Assembly: GCF_006345805.1 (NCBI RefSeq)
Contig: NC_043002.1
Span: forward strand, 14,818,001-14,882,000
Origin: Octopus sinensis
Taxonomy: Eukaryota
Reading direction: 5' to 3'
DNA length: 64,000 nucleotides
Part shown: positions 13,206-25,779 of the stretch, piece after piece
How positions within the stretch are numbered: the first letter of the stretch is position 1
How the letters are laid out: each line of letters starts with the position of its first letter
Notes under the pieces: model-generated
What the model was told of the DNA's origin: nothing
Databases searched by the model: none
Seen by the model: only the letters and a program-made list of their open reading frames with translations
Position numbers and translations under genes: made by a program

Positions 13206-13579
13206 AGTAACAAAAAAAGTTCTCCATCAGTATCTACGAAAACAAACCGAATTATAAATACTAAAGTAATATTTAGAAAAAAATACTCTCATAAATAAAT
13301 GAATGAAACGGATTTCTGTTACAAGCATGAAATTTCAGACTCTCATAAAATATATAGAGTAACACGGATATTAGCTCTCTCTTGGAACTGTGGATCTCGA
13401 AGAAGAAAAACTATGAATTATAGCGCATAAAAATTTGGGTTGATGTTCCTTTACATTTAAAACGTCCAAGCCAACACTATTGTCTCTAAATAATATCTCC
13501 TGTAAACATGACAGGAGTTCTACCACCGGACGAATGCAAACAGAAGTGTTTCACCCAGTATTCACTTGGTATTAGTTAT

Positions 13580-13725
13580 AATTCTGAGTCTGTGAAGTCG
13601 ACACTGCCTTTCATCCTTTCCTGGTGGATACATTAAGTACAAGGTGGGTACTGGGGTCGATCTAATCGACTGGCCACTTCCCTACAAAAATTTCGAGCCG
13701 TGTGCCAATAGCAGAACGGCTTATT
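13580..13725 (+). mobile_element. SINE family C fragment, diverged
   Basis: gtcgacactgcctttcatcctttcc...taagtac...ggggtcgatctaatcgactgg. Confidence 0.65.
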
Positions 13726-14485
13726 TATAATTCTGTTTGTTTCAAGGTCTACCTTTTCTAAAAACCCAAATACAACATAATTTCAGGTTTTCACGACGAT
13801 TCTCAATTCTTATGGCCCGCGTATATTTCTAATATACTTATGTAAATACAAAACTTAATAAATCAAAACGCATTAAATAAGCGGAATCAAATAAATTAAA
13901 TATAATGCGCGTCCATATAAATAATTGTTTATTTTGCAGTATAGCACATTTCGAAATAATGAACAAACACATACGATATTACGAGGGAAAATAACACGGA
14001 TGACACAGCAAATACATAAATATCAATTTTTACGGCCACGACATCAACACAACTCGCGATCTCAGCATAATTTTGCAATCATAATTTTCGTGTAAAGTTT
14101 GCCTTCAAGTAACAAGGTAATTGCTTTTTTTTGTTCATAATAGCCCTCATAAATTACAATATATTTAAAAGCCCTCTGTTTCAATTATGTTATTCTTTGT
14201 TTCATTAAAGGCAAATTTCATTAATACAAAATTTCATTCCCTATATTTTCATATGGCAATAATTTCTCTCCACAACATTTCCGCCTACACCTGTCAAAAT
14301 GTTAACAATATAACGTCGAAGTTTATTTTATATTGGATGACATCATTAACTCTAGGAAAATATGGAGCAAATGTACATTCGCAGCGTTGAAAATATTGAT
14401 ATCTTTACTGTTACTTTGAATTACAACTCAACAACATGACGTAGACTTACATTTGTCATATTACCAACGCAAATGTTTAATCACG

Positions 14486-14850
14486 TGGAGGCGCAGTGGC
14501 CCAGTGGTTAAGGCAGCGGACTCCCGGTCGGAGGATCGCGGTTTCGATTTCCAGACCTGGCGTTGTGCGTGTGTTTATTGAGCGAAAACAACTAAAGATT
14601 CACGAGGCACCGGCAGGGGGTGGTGACAATGCCTGTTGTAATCTTTCGCACCAACTTTCTCTCACCCTTCCTTCCTGTTTCTTGAGTAACGTTGCGATAG
14701 ACTGGCGTCCCGTCCAGCTGGGAGGAACACATACGCCATAGAACTGGGAGGAACACATACGCCATAGAACTGGGAGGATCACATACGCCATAGAAATCGG
14801 GAAACCGCGCCCATGAGCCTGCCTAGGCTTGAAAAGGGCGCATAAAAATA
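14486..14850 (+). mobile_element. SINE family B with an internal 26-bp triplication
   Basis: tRNA-like head gtggaggcgcagtggcccagtggttaagg...ggtttcgatttcc. ctgggaggaacacatacgccatagaa occurs three times at 14719-14796. Confidence 0.85.
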
Positions 14851-15369
14851 AATGTTTAAACACACACACACCAGCATATATTTCCGTCAGATACGATCAG
14901 AAAAGTCTTTACTCCGATGAGAGATAAATAATATTTAATATACACAGTATATATTGATGAGTTACTAATAGTTTTATACACTGGAGATGTTTTCTGGCAA
15001 CCTTCAAGATTTTCTAGCATATTTAACCAAATGTTGACACATTATTATTTATAGGTTTATTTCACTGTCCCTTTCAGGAATTATTTCAGTTAGTCACGCA
15101 GTTTCTAGATTCTTATAACCTCAAAAATATACATATATACATAGATATATATGTGTGTGTTGATATATATGTGTGTGTATGTGCGTGCGTGTGGGTGTTC
15201 ATCTATAGAATTAAGGCAATAAAACAAACGTTATTCGTGTTTATTGAGATAAATGGCTGACAACATCAAATTTAATTGAAGCCGTGCGTACTTACACATG
15301 TACAAAGTTTCTGCACGTAAAAACATAAACAAATAAAAACCCGAATATAAATACCTATTAAAATAACTT

Positions 15370-15795
15370 CTTTACTTTTTTACTTGCTTCAGTTATTTGA
15401 CTGCGGCCGTGCTGGAGCACCGCCTACAGTCGAACAAATCGACCCCAGGATTTATTCCTTGTAAGATTAGTACTTATAATATCATTCACTTTTGCCGAAC
15501 CGCTAAGTTAAATGGACGTAAACACAACATCGGTTGTGAAGCAAAGGGGGGGGATCAAACACAGACTCACAAATATATACACACATACACACGCGTACTT
15601 ATACATGTACACACACTTATATATATATATTTACAACGTGTTACTTTCAGTTTCCATCTACCAAATCTACTCACAAGGCATTGGTTGGCTCGAGGCTATA
15701 GTTGAAGACACTTGCCAAGGTGCCAAGCAGTGGGAGAAAACCCGGAGCCATGTGGTTGGTAAGCAAGCTACTTACCACACAGCCACTCCTGCGCC
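15370..15795 (-). mobile_element. SINE family A, diverged full length
   Basis: Reverse match to 11462-11862. Confidence 0.8.
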
Positions 15796-15854
15796 TATAT
15801 ATATATATATACGCACAGGAGTGGCTGTGTGGTAAGTAGCTTGCTTACCAACAA

Positions 15855-16170
15855 TGTGGAGGCGCAATGGCCCCGTGGTTAGGGCAGCAGACTCGCGGTC
15901 GTAGGATCGTGGTTTCGATTCCCAGCCCGGGCGTTGTGAATGTTTATTGAGCGAACACACCTAAAATCTCCACGAGGCTCCGGCAGGGAGTGGTGATCCC
16001 TGCTGTACTCTTTCAGCACTCTTTCTCCCACTCTTTCTTCGGTTGGCCTGCTCGCTTCGCCAGCGGGGGGGGGGGGGCTCATTCGAAGGCTAAAACAATG
16101 CGAACGCATTGTGACCACCGATGTTTAACTACATCTGATGGACTGGTCGATCACGTGATCACGGTCACGT
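15855..16170 (+). mobile_element. SINE family B head with a different 3' body
   Basis: gtggaggcgcaatggccccgtggttagggcagcagactcgcggtcg...ggtttcgattccc. The body diverges from other copies after about 16030. Confidence 0.75.
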
Positions 16171-16218
16171 AATATATATATATATATATACTTTATTTTA
16201 AGCAGCAGAAAATTCAAC

Positions 16219-16264
16219 AAATCTGTTACTCTGAGTTTCTCGTTGCCGTTCATCAGACAGTTTT
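16219..16264 (-). ncRNA. Minimal type I hammerhead ribozyme (PLE-type)
   Basis: Mirror of 20542-20588, with identical core and stems. Confidence 0.75.
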
Positions 16265-17274
16265 TGCTAGAATGGAACATATATTAATTCAATCTATACT
16301 CTTACAAACGCTACACACCTTAAAAAGAAATGGACTTGTTTGATTGCCCTTTAGAAAAAAACGGTCAATCTTCGAGCGATAAACAAAAAGTCAAAAATAT
16401 ATGTATATATATATAAAAAAACTTATAAAAATTATAAAAATTATAAATCCGAGGAAAAAACCGAGGAAAAAACCTATTGCCGTTAATGAAGACAGTACAA
16501 ATTAATGCATAGAAATTAAACCTGTTTATAAATACTGCAATACATATTTATATTAAAATCCACATATATATATCAACATACACAAAAGGATGCGCGTAAA
16601 CGCCATACATACATATACAGACGTATGAATATGAAATCTAAATTATACACATAAAAGCATGTGTACATATATTCACGCAAACCGTCTCGCACGCAAGCTA
16701 AAATTCATCTATGTAGCAATTCTCATATACTGAGCAAGGAGGGGGAACGAAAGAAAGGGGAAGAGAGAAAAAGGAACGAAAGAGGGGAGGGGGGAAACTT
16801 GTAGCGATGTTATTGGCATCTATAGAGGCCAGATACATACACAAGTTTGAATTGATACATATACATACCGTCGTGTGTATGCGTGCTTAAGCACAAGCAT
16901 ACTTTCACTTACACATACACAGATACGCATGCTTACAATACATATGCTTTGCTATACACAAACTTATATAAACATTCTAAATTTGAACAACATTGCTTTT
17001 TTTAAAAAAAACATTGCTTTTAAAAAATGGGTGCATTAATAAAAATATATACGAAAGACATATAAAATAAAATATAACATCCTATTTTGGGTCATTTATA
17101 AATAATCAAGGTAATATAAATAATCAAGGTAATCCTATGCAATACAATAACATGAAAACAAATTTGTGTAGGTTTTTCCTAATATATATGTAGAAACATA
17201 AGACTTTGCTATAGATCCGTCGTAGCGCTTAAGAGTCAAAATCAAAATCAAAAATCAAATACAAAATATATACT

Positions 17275-18398
17275 CTATCCATATGGTATATTTATATTCG
17301 ACATTTTAAATTTAGCCGCGTGCCTACATAAATTCATTAACTCACTTCTTTGATTCAAAGATTATTGTCTTTGAATAATATGTGCATTTTTTCTAATAAG
17401 CAAAGCTTGCACTTGAAATTATATTTGTAAGCTCCATGCCTGTATGGTGCCGCCCTGTCCAGAATGCTCCATGTCACGTTGAAAGGTGGGGGCTTCCTTT
17501 CTTTTAGTTCCCAGACATATTTTGCTAGGCTGGTTTTCTTCCTATTCTCTGGGTATTTAAAAGAATTCTTATGAGAATAAAATCTTGTTTTAAATGAATT
17601 TTCTGAAGCCCCTGTGTATGTCTTGTATTCCGATGAGCCTTCCACTTGCACCTTGGCTCTATAAACCACTCCTTTCACTAGACATTTCCCTTCTAACGGA
17701 CAGGAGCTTTCGTTTTTGCAATTACATTTCTTAATGGGCTCGGCCATGTCTAATCTCAATTAGCTTCCTATTATGTTGGCTAATGTAAGAGGCGAAATTT
17801 CTGCAACAAGATACTAACCTTCAGGTTCTTCTATTAAATATTCTGTAGAATTATGACCCTGCTTAAAATGCTTAGAGACTAATCCTCAAAAATTCCTTAC
17901 CTATATTAGTCTTTACGGCCAATTGAAAGCCGGGTTGAACCACAAAACTTTCCTGGTCCTAGTTCTTCGTGCAGCATTATTATTAGCATTAAGCTGGTTG
18001 AACTGGATCTTCTCCGAGAATCCACTATTCTTTAATGCGCTATCGTAATAAGGTGCAGCATTATGGAATGCTGCCTCGTCCGAAGAAATTGAAGATATTC
18101 TTCTACCTACATTGCTGACTAAGTTGCTAAGGATAACGGTGGATGGTTCGAATCTTTGCTAATATACGATAGCTTTTCATTGGGCTTACGGAAAGGTTTT
18201 AAATCTATCCGATCTTACATTAAAATTTACGTCTAAAAATCTACACTATTCATTAGTATCTATCGTAATCCGTAAGCCCACCTTTGAAAGAAACTATAAG
18301 GTCCTTCCTAAGTCTATCTGATTCATGGCCATTTAGATTATGCGTGGCTATAAGGCCGTCATCCCTATATAGACCTGCATCTATAAATGGGAATTCTA
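17275..18398 (-). pseudogene. PLE RT (YRDD, thumb) plus GIY-YIG endonuclease, frameshifted
   Basis: GLYRDDGL at 18358-18369. ORF 17355-17759 reads CNCKNESSCPLEGKCLVKGVVYRAKV...KTYTGASENSFKTRFYSHKNSF...WSILDRAAPY...CKLCLLEK. Confidence 0.88.
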
Positions 18399-18418
18399 TT
18401 TTTAGATTTTAGAATTTT

Positions 18419-19534
18419 TAGAATTCCCATTTATAGATGCAGGTCTATATAGGGATGACGGCCTTATAGCCACGCATAATCTAAATGGCCATGAATCAGA
18501 TAGACTTAGGAAGGACCTTATAGCTTTCTTTCAAAGGGGGCTTACGGATTACGATAGATACTACCCTGAATAGTGTAGATTTTTTAGACGTAAATTAATG
18601 TAAGATCGGATAGATTTAAACCTTTCCGTAAGCCCAATGAAAAGCTATCGTATATTACAAAGATTCGAACCATCCACCAGTTATCCTTAGCCTTAGTCAG
18701 CAATGTAGGTAGAAGAATATCTTCAATTTCTTCGGACGAGGCAGCATTCCATAATGCTGCACCTTATTACGATAGCGCATTAAAGAATAGTGGATTCTCG
18801 GAGAAGATCCAGTTCAACAGCTTAATGCTAATAATAATGCTGCACGAAGAACAGGACCAGGAAAGTTTGTGGTTCAACCCGGCTTTCAATTTGGCGTAAA
18901 GACTAATAGGTAAGGAATTTTTGAGATTAGTCTCTAAGCATTTTAAGCAGGGTCATAAATTCTACAGAATATTTAATAGAAGAACCCTGAAGGTTAGCTA
19001 TTCTTGTTGCAGAAAATTCGCCTCTTACATTAGCCAACATAATAGGAAGCTAATTGAGATTAGACATGGTGCCGAGCCCATTAAGAAATGTAATTGCAAA
19101 AACGAAAGCTCCTGTCCGTTAGAAGGGAAATTCTAGTGAAAGGAGTGGTTTATATAGCCCAGGTGCAAGTGGAAGGCTCATCGGAATACAAGACATACAC
19201 AGGGGCTTCAGAAAATTCATTTAAAACAAGATTTTATTCTCATAAGAATTCTTTTAAATACCCAGAGAATAGGAAGAAAACCCCTAGCAAAATATGTCTG
19301 GGACTAAAAGAAAAAAGCCCCACCTTTCAACGTGACAGGAGCATTCTGGACAGGGCGGCACCATACAGGCATGAAGCTTACAAATATAATTTTCAAGTGC
19401 AAGCTTTGCTTATTAGAAAAAATGCACATATTATTCAAAGACAATAATTCTTTGAATCAAAGAAGTGAGTTAATGAACTTATGTAGGCACGCGGCTAAAT
19501 TTAAAATGTCGAATATAATATACCATATGGATAG
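18419..19534 (+). pseudogene. PLE RT C-terminus plus GIY-YIG endonuclease, frameshifted
   Basis: LEFPFIDAGLYRDDGL (YRDD at 18448-18459), VDFLDV, KPFRKPN, SNHPP, WFNP, GKEFLRLVSKHF, IFNRRTLKVSYSC, CNC..CPL.G and LNQRSELMNLCRH. These motifs are characteristic of C-terminal-EN PLEs of the Naiad type. Confidence 0.88.
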
Positions 19535-20541
19535 AGTATATATTTTGTATTTTTGTTTTTGATTTTGATTTTGACTCTTAAGCGCTACGACGGATCTATA
19601 GCAAAGTCTTATTGTTTCTACATATATATTAGGAAAACCCTACAAACTTTGTTTTCATGTTTGTATTGGCATAGGATTACCTTGATTATTTATATTACCT
19701 TGATTATTTATAAATGACCCAAAATAGGATGTTATATTTTTTTTATATCTCTTTCGTATATATTTTTTATTAATGCACCCATTTTTAAAAGCAATGTTTT
19801 TTTTTAAAAAAAGCAATGTTGTCAAATTTAGAATGTTTCTATAAGTTTGTGTATAGCAAAGCATATGTATTTGTAAGCATGCGTATCTGTGTATGTGTAA
19901 GTGAAAGTATGCTGTGCTTAAGCACGCATACACACGACGGTTGTATATGTATCAATTCAACTTGTGTATGTATACTGGCCTCTATAGATGCCAATAACAT
20001 CGCTACAATTTCCCCCTCCCCTCTTTCGTTCCTTTTCTCTCTCTTTCCCTTTCTTTCGTTCCCCCTCCTTGCTCAGTATATGAGAATTGCTACATAGATG
20101 AATTTTAGCTTGCGTGCGAGACGGTTTGCGTGAATATATGTACACATGCTTTTATGTGTATAATTTAGATTCATATTCATACGTCTGTATATGTATGTAT
20201 GGCGTTTACGCGCATCCTTTTGTGTATGTTGATATATATATGTGGATTTTAATATAAATATGTATTGCAGTATTTATAACAGGTTTAATTTCTATGCATT
20301 AATTGTACTGTCCTTCATTAACGGCAATAGGTTTTTTCCTCGGTTTTTTCCTCGGATTTTATAATTTTTATAATTTTTATAAGTTTTTTTATATATATAT
20401 ACATATATTTTTGACCTTTTTGTTTATCGCTCGAAGATTGACCGTTTTTTTCTAAAGGGCCATCAAACAAGTCCATTTCTTTTAAAGGTGTAGCGTTTGT
20501 AAGAGTATAGATTGAATTAATATATATGTTCCATTCTAGCA

Positions 20542-20588
20542 AAAACTGTCTGATGAACGGCAACGAGAAACTCAGAGTAACAGATTTT
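20542..20588 (+). ncRNA. Minimal type I hammerhead ribozyme (PLE-type)
   Basis: aaaactgt CTGATGA a-cg-GCAA-cg-a GAAA ctc-a-gag TA acagatttt. Stem I is ctgt/acag, stem II is minimal with a GNRA loop, stem III is palindromic (ACTC/GAGT), and the GUA site is at 20577-20579. Confidence 0.78.
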
Positions 20589-20717
20589 GTTGAATTTCTG
20601 CTGCTTAAAATAAAGCATATTACTCTACCACTGGTATTGAGTACTCTTTTTTTCACCTTGTTTCTCACATTTATGTGTTTACTCCGGTATATATATATAT
20701 ATATTATATATATATAG

Positions 20718-20766
<49 letters not shown>

Positions 20767-20858
20767 TATATATATTATAATGTATATATATATATATATA
20801 TATCATATATATAGATAAATGTATATATATATTATATGAGAGAGAGAGAGAGAGATAG

Positions 20859-20898
<40 letters not shown>

Positions 20899-20984
20899 TA
20901 TATATACATTTATCATATATATATTATATTATATATATATATATAGATAATATATATATATATATATAGATAGATAGATAAATG

Positions 20985-21017
<33 letters not shown>

Positions 21018-22933
21018 TATATATATTATTCCATGTTTCATATGCCTCAGTAATTACACTGGGCCATAGAAGTACGAAATGAATTGTCACCTATACTTGT
21101 TTTTGTTTTTTTGGTAAACCTGGTAATTTGTCTATCGGGTTGTTCTTTCTCCGAACCACTATATTACGGGTACAAAGACACCAACACAATTTGTTGGGGA
21201 TAGATAAACAAACACTAACACAACCACACCACCACGCGTATATATATACATATATATATACATATTTTTTTAAATAATATATTATTATTAATATTAGGAA
21301 ATCAAAATCAAAACTCATTAGAAATATATATAAGTGAGAAAAATAATTGTTGTATTAAAAATATATAAATAAATAAAAATATGTATAAAATATATGTAAA
21401 TATGTTTATGCATAAATGTATAATGTATTCGACACTTTAAAAGTTTTGAATTAATTATTTAAAAAGCATAGTTTCACATATAATTTAAAATATAATTTGA
21501 TTTTGTATAATGAACTATATTTGGATTACGGGATAAAATAATGAATTTTACACAAAAGCATTACGGATTACTACAGAAAAATTTCCAAGACAAAAGTATT
21601 GTGGATTGCTACAGAAGAATTACCAAGATGACATATATGAATTTGAAGATTCTGATGCTAAATTATATACAAATTTCACATTCCTAAACTAACTATATGA
21701 ACTATATTTGGAACACAAGATAACTAAACGAGTTTTTACATATGAATATTATGGATTATTGCAGAAGAATTACCAAAGAAATATATATGGATATAAAAAC
21801 TCTCATGAAATGTAGTAATTTTTAATTATTAATTTATCTTTCAAACAAACACTATTTTATAGTTTTACTTAAACTTAAAAAAGAAACAAAACAACTATCA
21901 TTCGATGTGTTATACAGAATTCAAATTTTCCATCTCTGAAGAGCAGAAGCGTTGTCTATAAATTCTTATCAATATAGGATTTCATTATAGGGGCAAGTCT
22001 TCTGTGAAACCATCGTAAGATGCTATAAATAATTAATTCCAAACTTTTAAACTGTCATATACATTATATTATATATATGCTTATACATATTTACATATAT
22101 TTTATACATATTTATATTTATATTTATATTTATTTATTAATATATTTTTAATGCAACAATTATTTTTCACACGTATATATGTTTCTGAGGAGTTTTGATA
22201 TTGATTTTCTAATATTAATAATAATATATTATTAATATATATATATATATATATAATCGCTCGTATTAAATTTATAAATGCATTAATAGTATTAACACTT
22301 TGATATAATAGAGCACTTACTATAAACTCAATATATAATATTCTCATTGAATATATTTAACTAAAGATTTATATTTATATTTCTCCATTTCCTAAACCTT
22401 TGATTGATAAACGCATACTTCATAATATCTGTTACAAGAGCGTGAGTTGTTAAATAGAAGTCATGTTATCGTAACTCCCGCTAATTATATATGGAACGGA
22501 AGATATATCATGCATTTATTAAAAAATATTATTGTTCGAGAATCATCTGGTTTATGTCTACTTTCCAAGCCGTGTACATATTTCATCACCCCTACTAATT
22601 ACCTGTGCGACTAGCTCTTCGAATCATGCTACTCAACTATATAAACGGAAACGCAGGTACATTCACACACACACACACACAACACACACACACACATACG
22701 CGCGCGCACACACACAAACACACATACACACACACAAACTCACAAACACACACACTAATATGTATGTCATTATTTACCTTTGTTTCAAGATTTGTTCCCA
22801 AGAGAGAAAGGGCCGTTTCTAACATAGGCCCAAAGCTTCTTCACTGGAATTCCAATAACATAAACAGGTATTTCTGAATAGACATCTGCAGGTTTGTATA
22901 TTTTGTTTTATGTATGTATATACTGATGCAAGC

Positions 22934-22973
<40 letters not shown>

Positions 22974-23075
22974 ATATATATGTACACACATATATACATT
23001 TATATAAATATATATAAATGCATACATACATATTTATTATACATATATACACAAATATGTATATATATTATATAT

Positions 23076-23111
<36 letters not shown>

Positions 23112-23115
23112 CTAT

Positions 23116-23198
<83 letters not shown>

Positions 23199-23239
23199 TA
23201 AATATACGTAAATGAACGGTAATTATACGTTTATAATTT

Positions 23240-23400
23240 TCATCTGTCTTTACGTTCTGAATTCAAATCCGCCGAGGTCGACATTGTCTTTCGTCCCCTC
23301 AGGGTTGATAAATTAAGTACCAGTTGCTTACTGGGGGTTGATATCGAATCGACTCGCCCCCTCCTCCAAATTTTTAGACCTTGTACCTCGAGTAGAAAAT
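23240..23400 (+). mobile_element. SINE family C fragment
   Basis: ttacgttctgaattcaaatccgccgaggtcgac...gataaattaagtaccag...ccttgtacctcgagtagaaaa. Confidence 0.8.
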
Positions 23401-23987
23401 AATTATACGTATATAATTGGGCGTCAGCGTGCGTGTGTGTTTGTGTGCACGTGCGTATGTGCGTGCGTATGTACATGGTATTGTTGTGATGAATTTCCCT
23501 AGGCTACTCAATTTCCCGAAACCTCAGGATAATGAATATCGGAGAACACGTTCATTGACAAAATGAGCGAATCTATAGTTGAAAATTACTTATAAACTGC
23601 TGAATAGTTTATTGCGTCATTGAGAGGAATAGATTTAATCTATTCCCACATCGCTCCCACAAGTGAAAATTATAGAATGTTAGGGACACAAATGTAATTG
23701 CATAAGTAACAGGAGGAAGAATAGTGAATTGATGAAAAAGGGGAAAAGCTAAGTCGAATAAAATAATTATCCAGTGATAAGAAAGAGATTGATGTTTACA
23801 GGAATGACTCTATGAACTCTCAATGAAATGATGCGCATGTAGATCAATACTAATCAAGCGTGCTCTGTCGAAGGAAAAAGGAAAAAAGAATGATTACCGA
23901 CTTACAGTCACAGCATTTTCTTCTCTCTTCTGATAACGCTGATTTCACTCATTTCTCAACGTGTTTTACTTGGCCATATTTATGCAT

Positions 23988-24047
<60 letters not shown>

Positions 24048-24124
24048 TTATTTATATATTTGTGTATGTGTATATATGTATAATAATATGTATGTATGCA
24101 TTTATATATATGTATATAAATATA

Positions 24125-24178
<54 letters not shown>

Positions 24179-24924
24179 TAAATGCTTGCATCAGTATATA
24201 CATACATACATACATGCATACATAAAACAAAATACACAAACCTGCAGATATCTATTCAGAAATTCCCTATTGATGTTATTGGAATTCCAGTGAAGAAGCT
24301 TTGGGTCTATGTTAGAAACGGCCCTTTCTCTCTTGGCAATAAATCTTGAAACAAAGCGAAATAATGACATACATTCATTTTATAGTATCTGTTTCTAATT
24401 CATTTCCATCTGTCTTTCTTAACTCCCATCGTGCTGCAAAGATATTTGTCCAATTTAGAAGAGTTTTAAAATTGTTTTGATGTTTACTCCATGAAATCTT
24501 AAACAATGAATACTGCTTTAGTATTTTAGTTTTAATTATTTCGTAATTTATAAGTGGAATCACATATCTGATAAAAATGGTTAAAACAGTTTGAAAACTC
24601 GGCTGAAAGCTCAAGCTAAAAATATCATTATCACATCTAGGTAAGAAACTACGAGCTATCACGGAATCTAGCAAAACATCAAATTGATACATCGTTGCTG
24701 AGTTCACCCATCACACATCGTTTTACTTCACAATTATTTACGACGTAAATAATGTTGCGTTTCATTCTATACGTGTATATAACTAAAGGTAGATTCAATT
24801 AGAAATAAAGGAAGCAGCATTGTATCCTCCTTTAGGTTTATATAAAAGAATGCATGTCGTGACCGGCGTCATTATGGTGGATGGTTCAGAGCCTGAAGCA
24901 CCAGGAGCATATATCACATAGAAT

Positions 24925-25166
24925 CATTATTCTTTTATTCTTTTATTTGCTTCAGTCATTTCACTGCGGCCATGCTGGACCACCGACTTTAATAAAGCAA
25001 ATCGACCCCAGGACATTCGTTGTAAGTCTAGTACTTATTCTATCGGTCAATCTTGCCGAAGCGCTAAGTTGCGGAGATGTAAACACACCAGCATCGGTTG
25101 TCAAGCTATGTTGGGGAGGGGGGGGCAACACAGATACACAAACATACACACACACATATATATATA

Positions 25167-25202
<36 letters not shown>

Positions 25203-25595
25203 CAAAATAAGCAACAAGGATATCCAAAGGTAGTGTAGTACAATCGTTTCTTGCTACTTCAATTAACCAATGTAAGTATTACATAAGTTTTAAAATGTAG
25301 AGAACTCTTCAGCCACATATGGATTGTTTAAAATTAAATTGACAATGTTCATTTTAATACTTATTCCATTTGCCAACATTACAAAGATGGTAGATATAAA
25401 GACAGAGAGGTGAATTTCATCAATAAAAACATAGTAGTAGGAGATCTTATATATATATATACGACAGGCTTCTTTCAGTTTCTGCCTACCAAATCCACTC
25501 ACAAGGGGTTGGTCGGCCCGAGGCTATAGTAGAAGACATTTTCCCAAGGTGCCACGTAATGGGACTAAACCCGGAACATTGTGATTGGTAAGCAA
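24925..25595 (-). mobile_element. SINE family A split by about 250 bp of unrelated sequence (25201-25450)
   Basis: The 3' half is at 24925-25200 and the 5' half at 25455-25595, both on the minus strand. Confidence 0.7.
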
Positions 25596-25779
25596 TTGAT
25601 ATATAATGACACCAACAACTGCAGTACGGTATGAAAGTTGAAAGTATATATACATCATGAACTATATAGACACAACCATATCCAAACTATTAATATATAC
25701 TTTCTTTCCAGTTTGTTCAACTTATTGTATTTCTTACTTTTTTTGATACCTACTTACCTGATGCTTGACGTGGTGACTA

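Larger units (their letters stand above)
16191..18398 (-). mobile_element. Penelope-like retroelement (Naiad-type), 5'-truncated; left arm of palindrome
   Basis: Reverse complement of 18419-20615. It encodes the RT C-terminus and GIY-YIG, with an HHR in the 3' region. Confidence 0.88.
18419..20690 (+). mobile_element. Penelope-like retroelement (Naiad-type), 5'-truncated; right arm with an extra 3' tail
   Basis: RT/EN coding remnant at 18419-19534, then about 1 kb of 3' non-coding sequence, an HHR at 20542-20588, and about 75 bp of tail (20616-20690) absent from the left arm. It ends in (TA)n. Confidence 0.88.

Noticed and set aside
17275-19534. Selenocysteine recoding, reported for some Naiad PLEs
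   Set aside because: The conserved cysteines of the GIY-YIG region are encoded by TGT/TGC here, and no in-frame TGA was seen at those positions.
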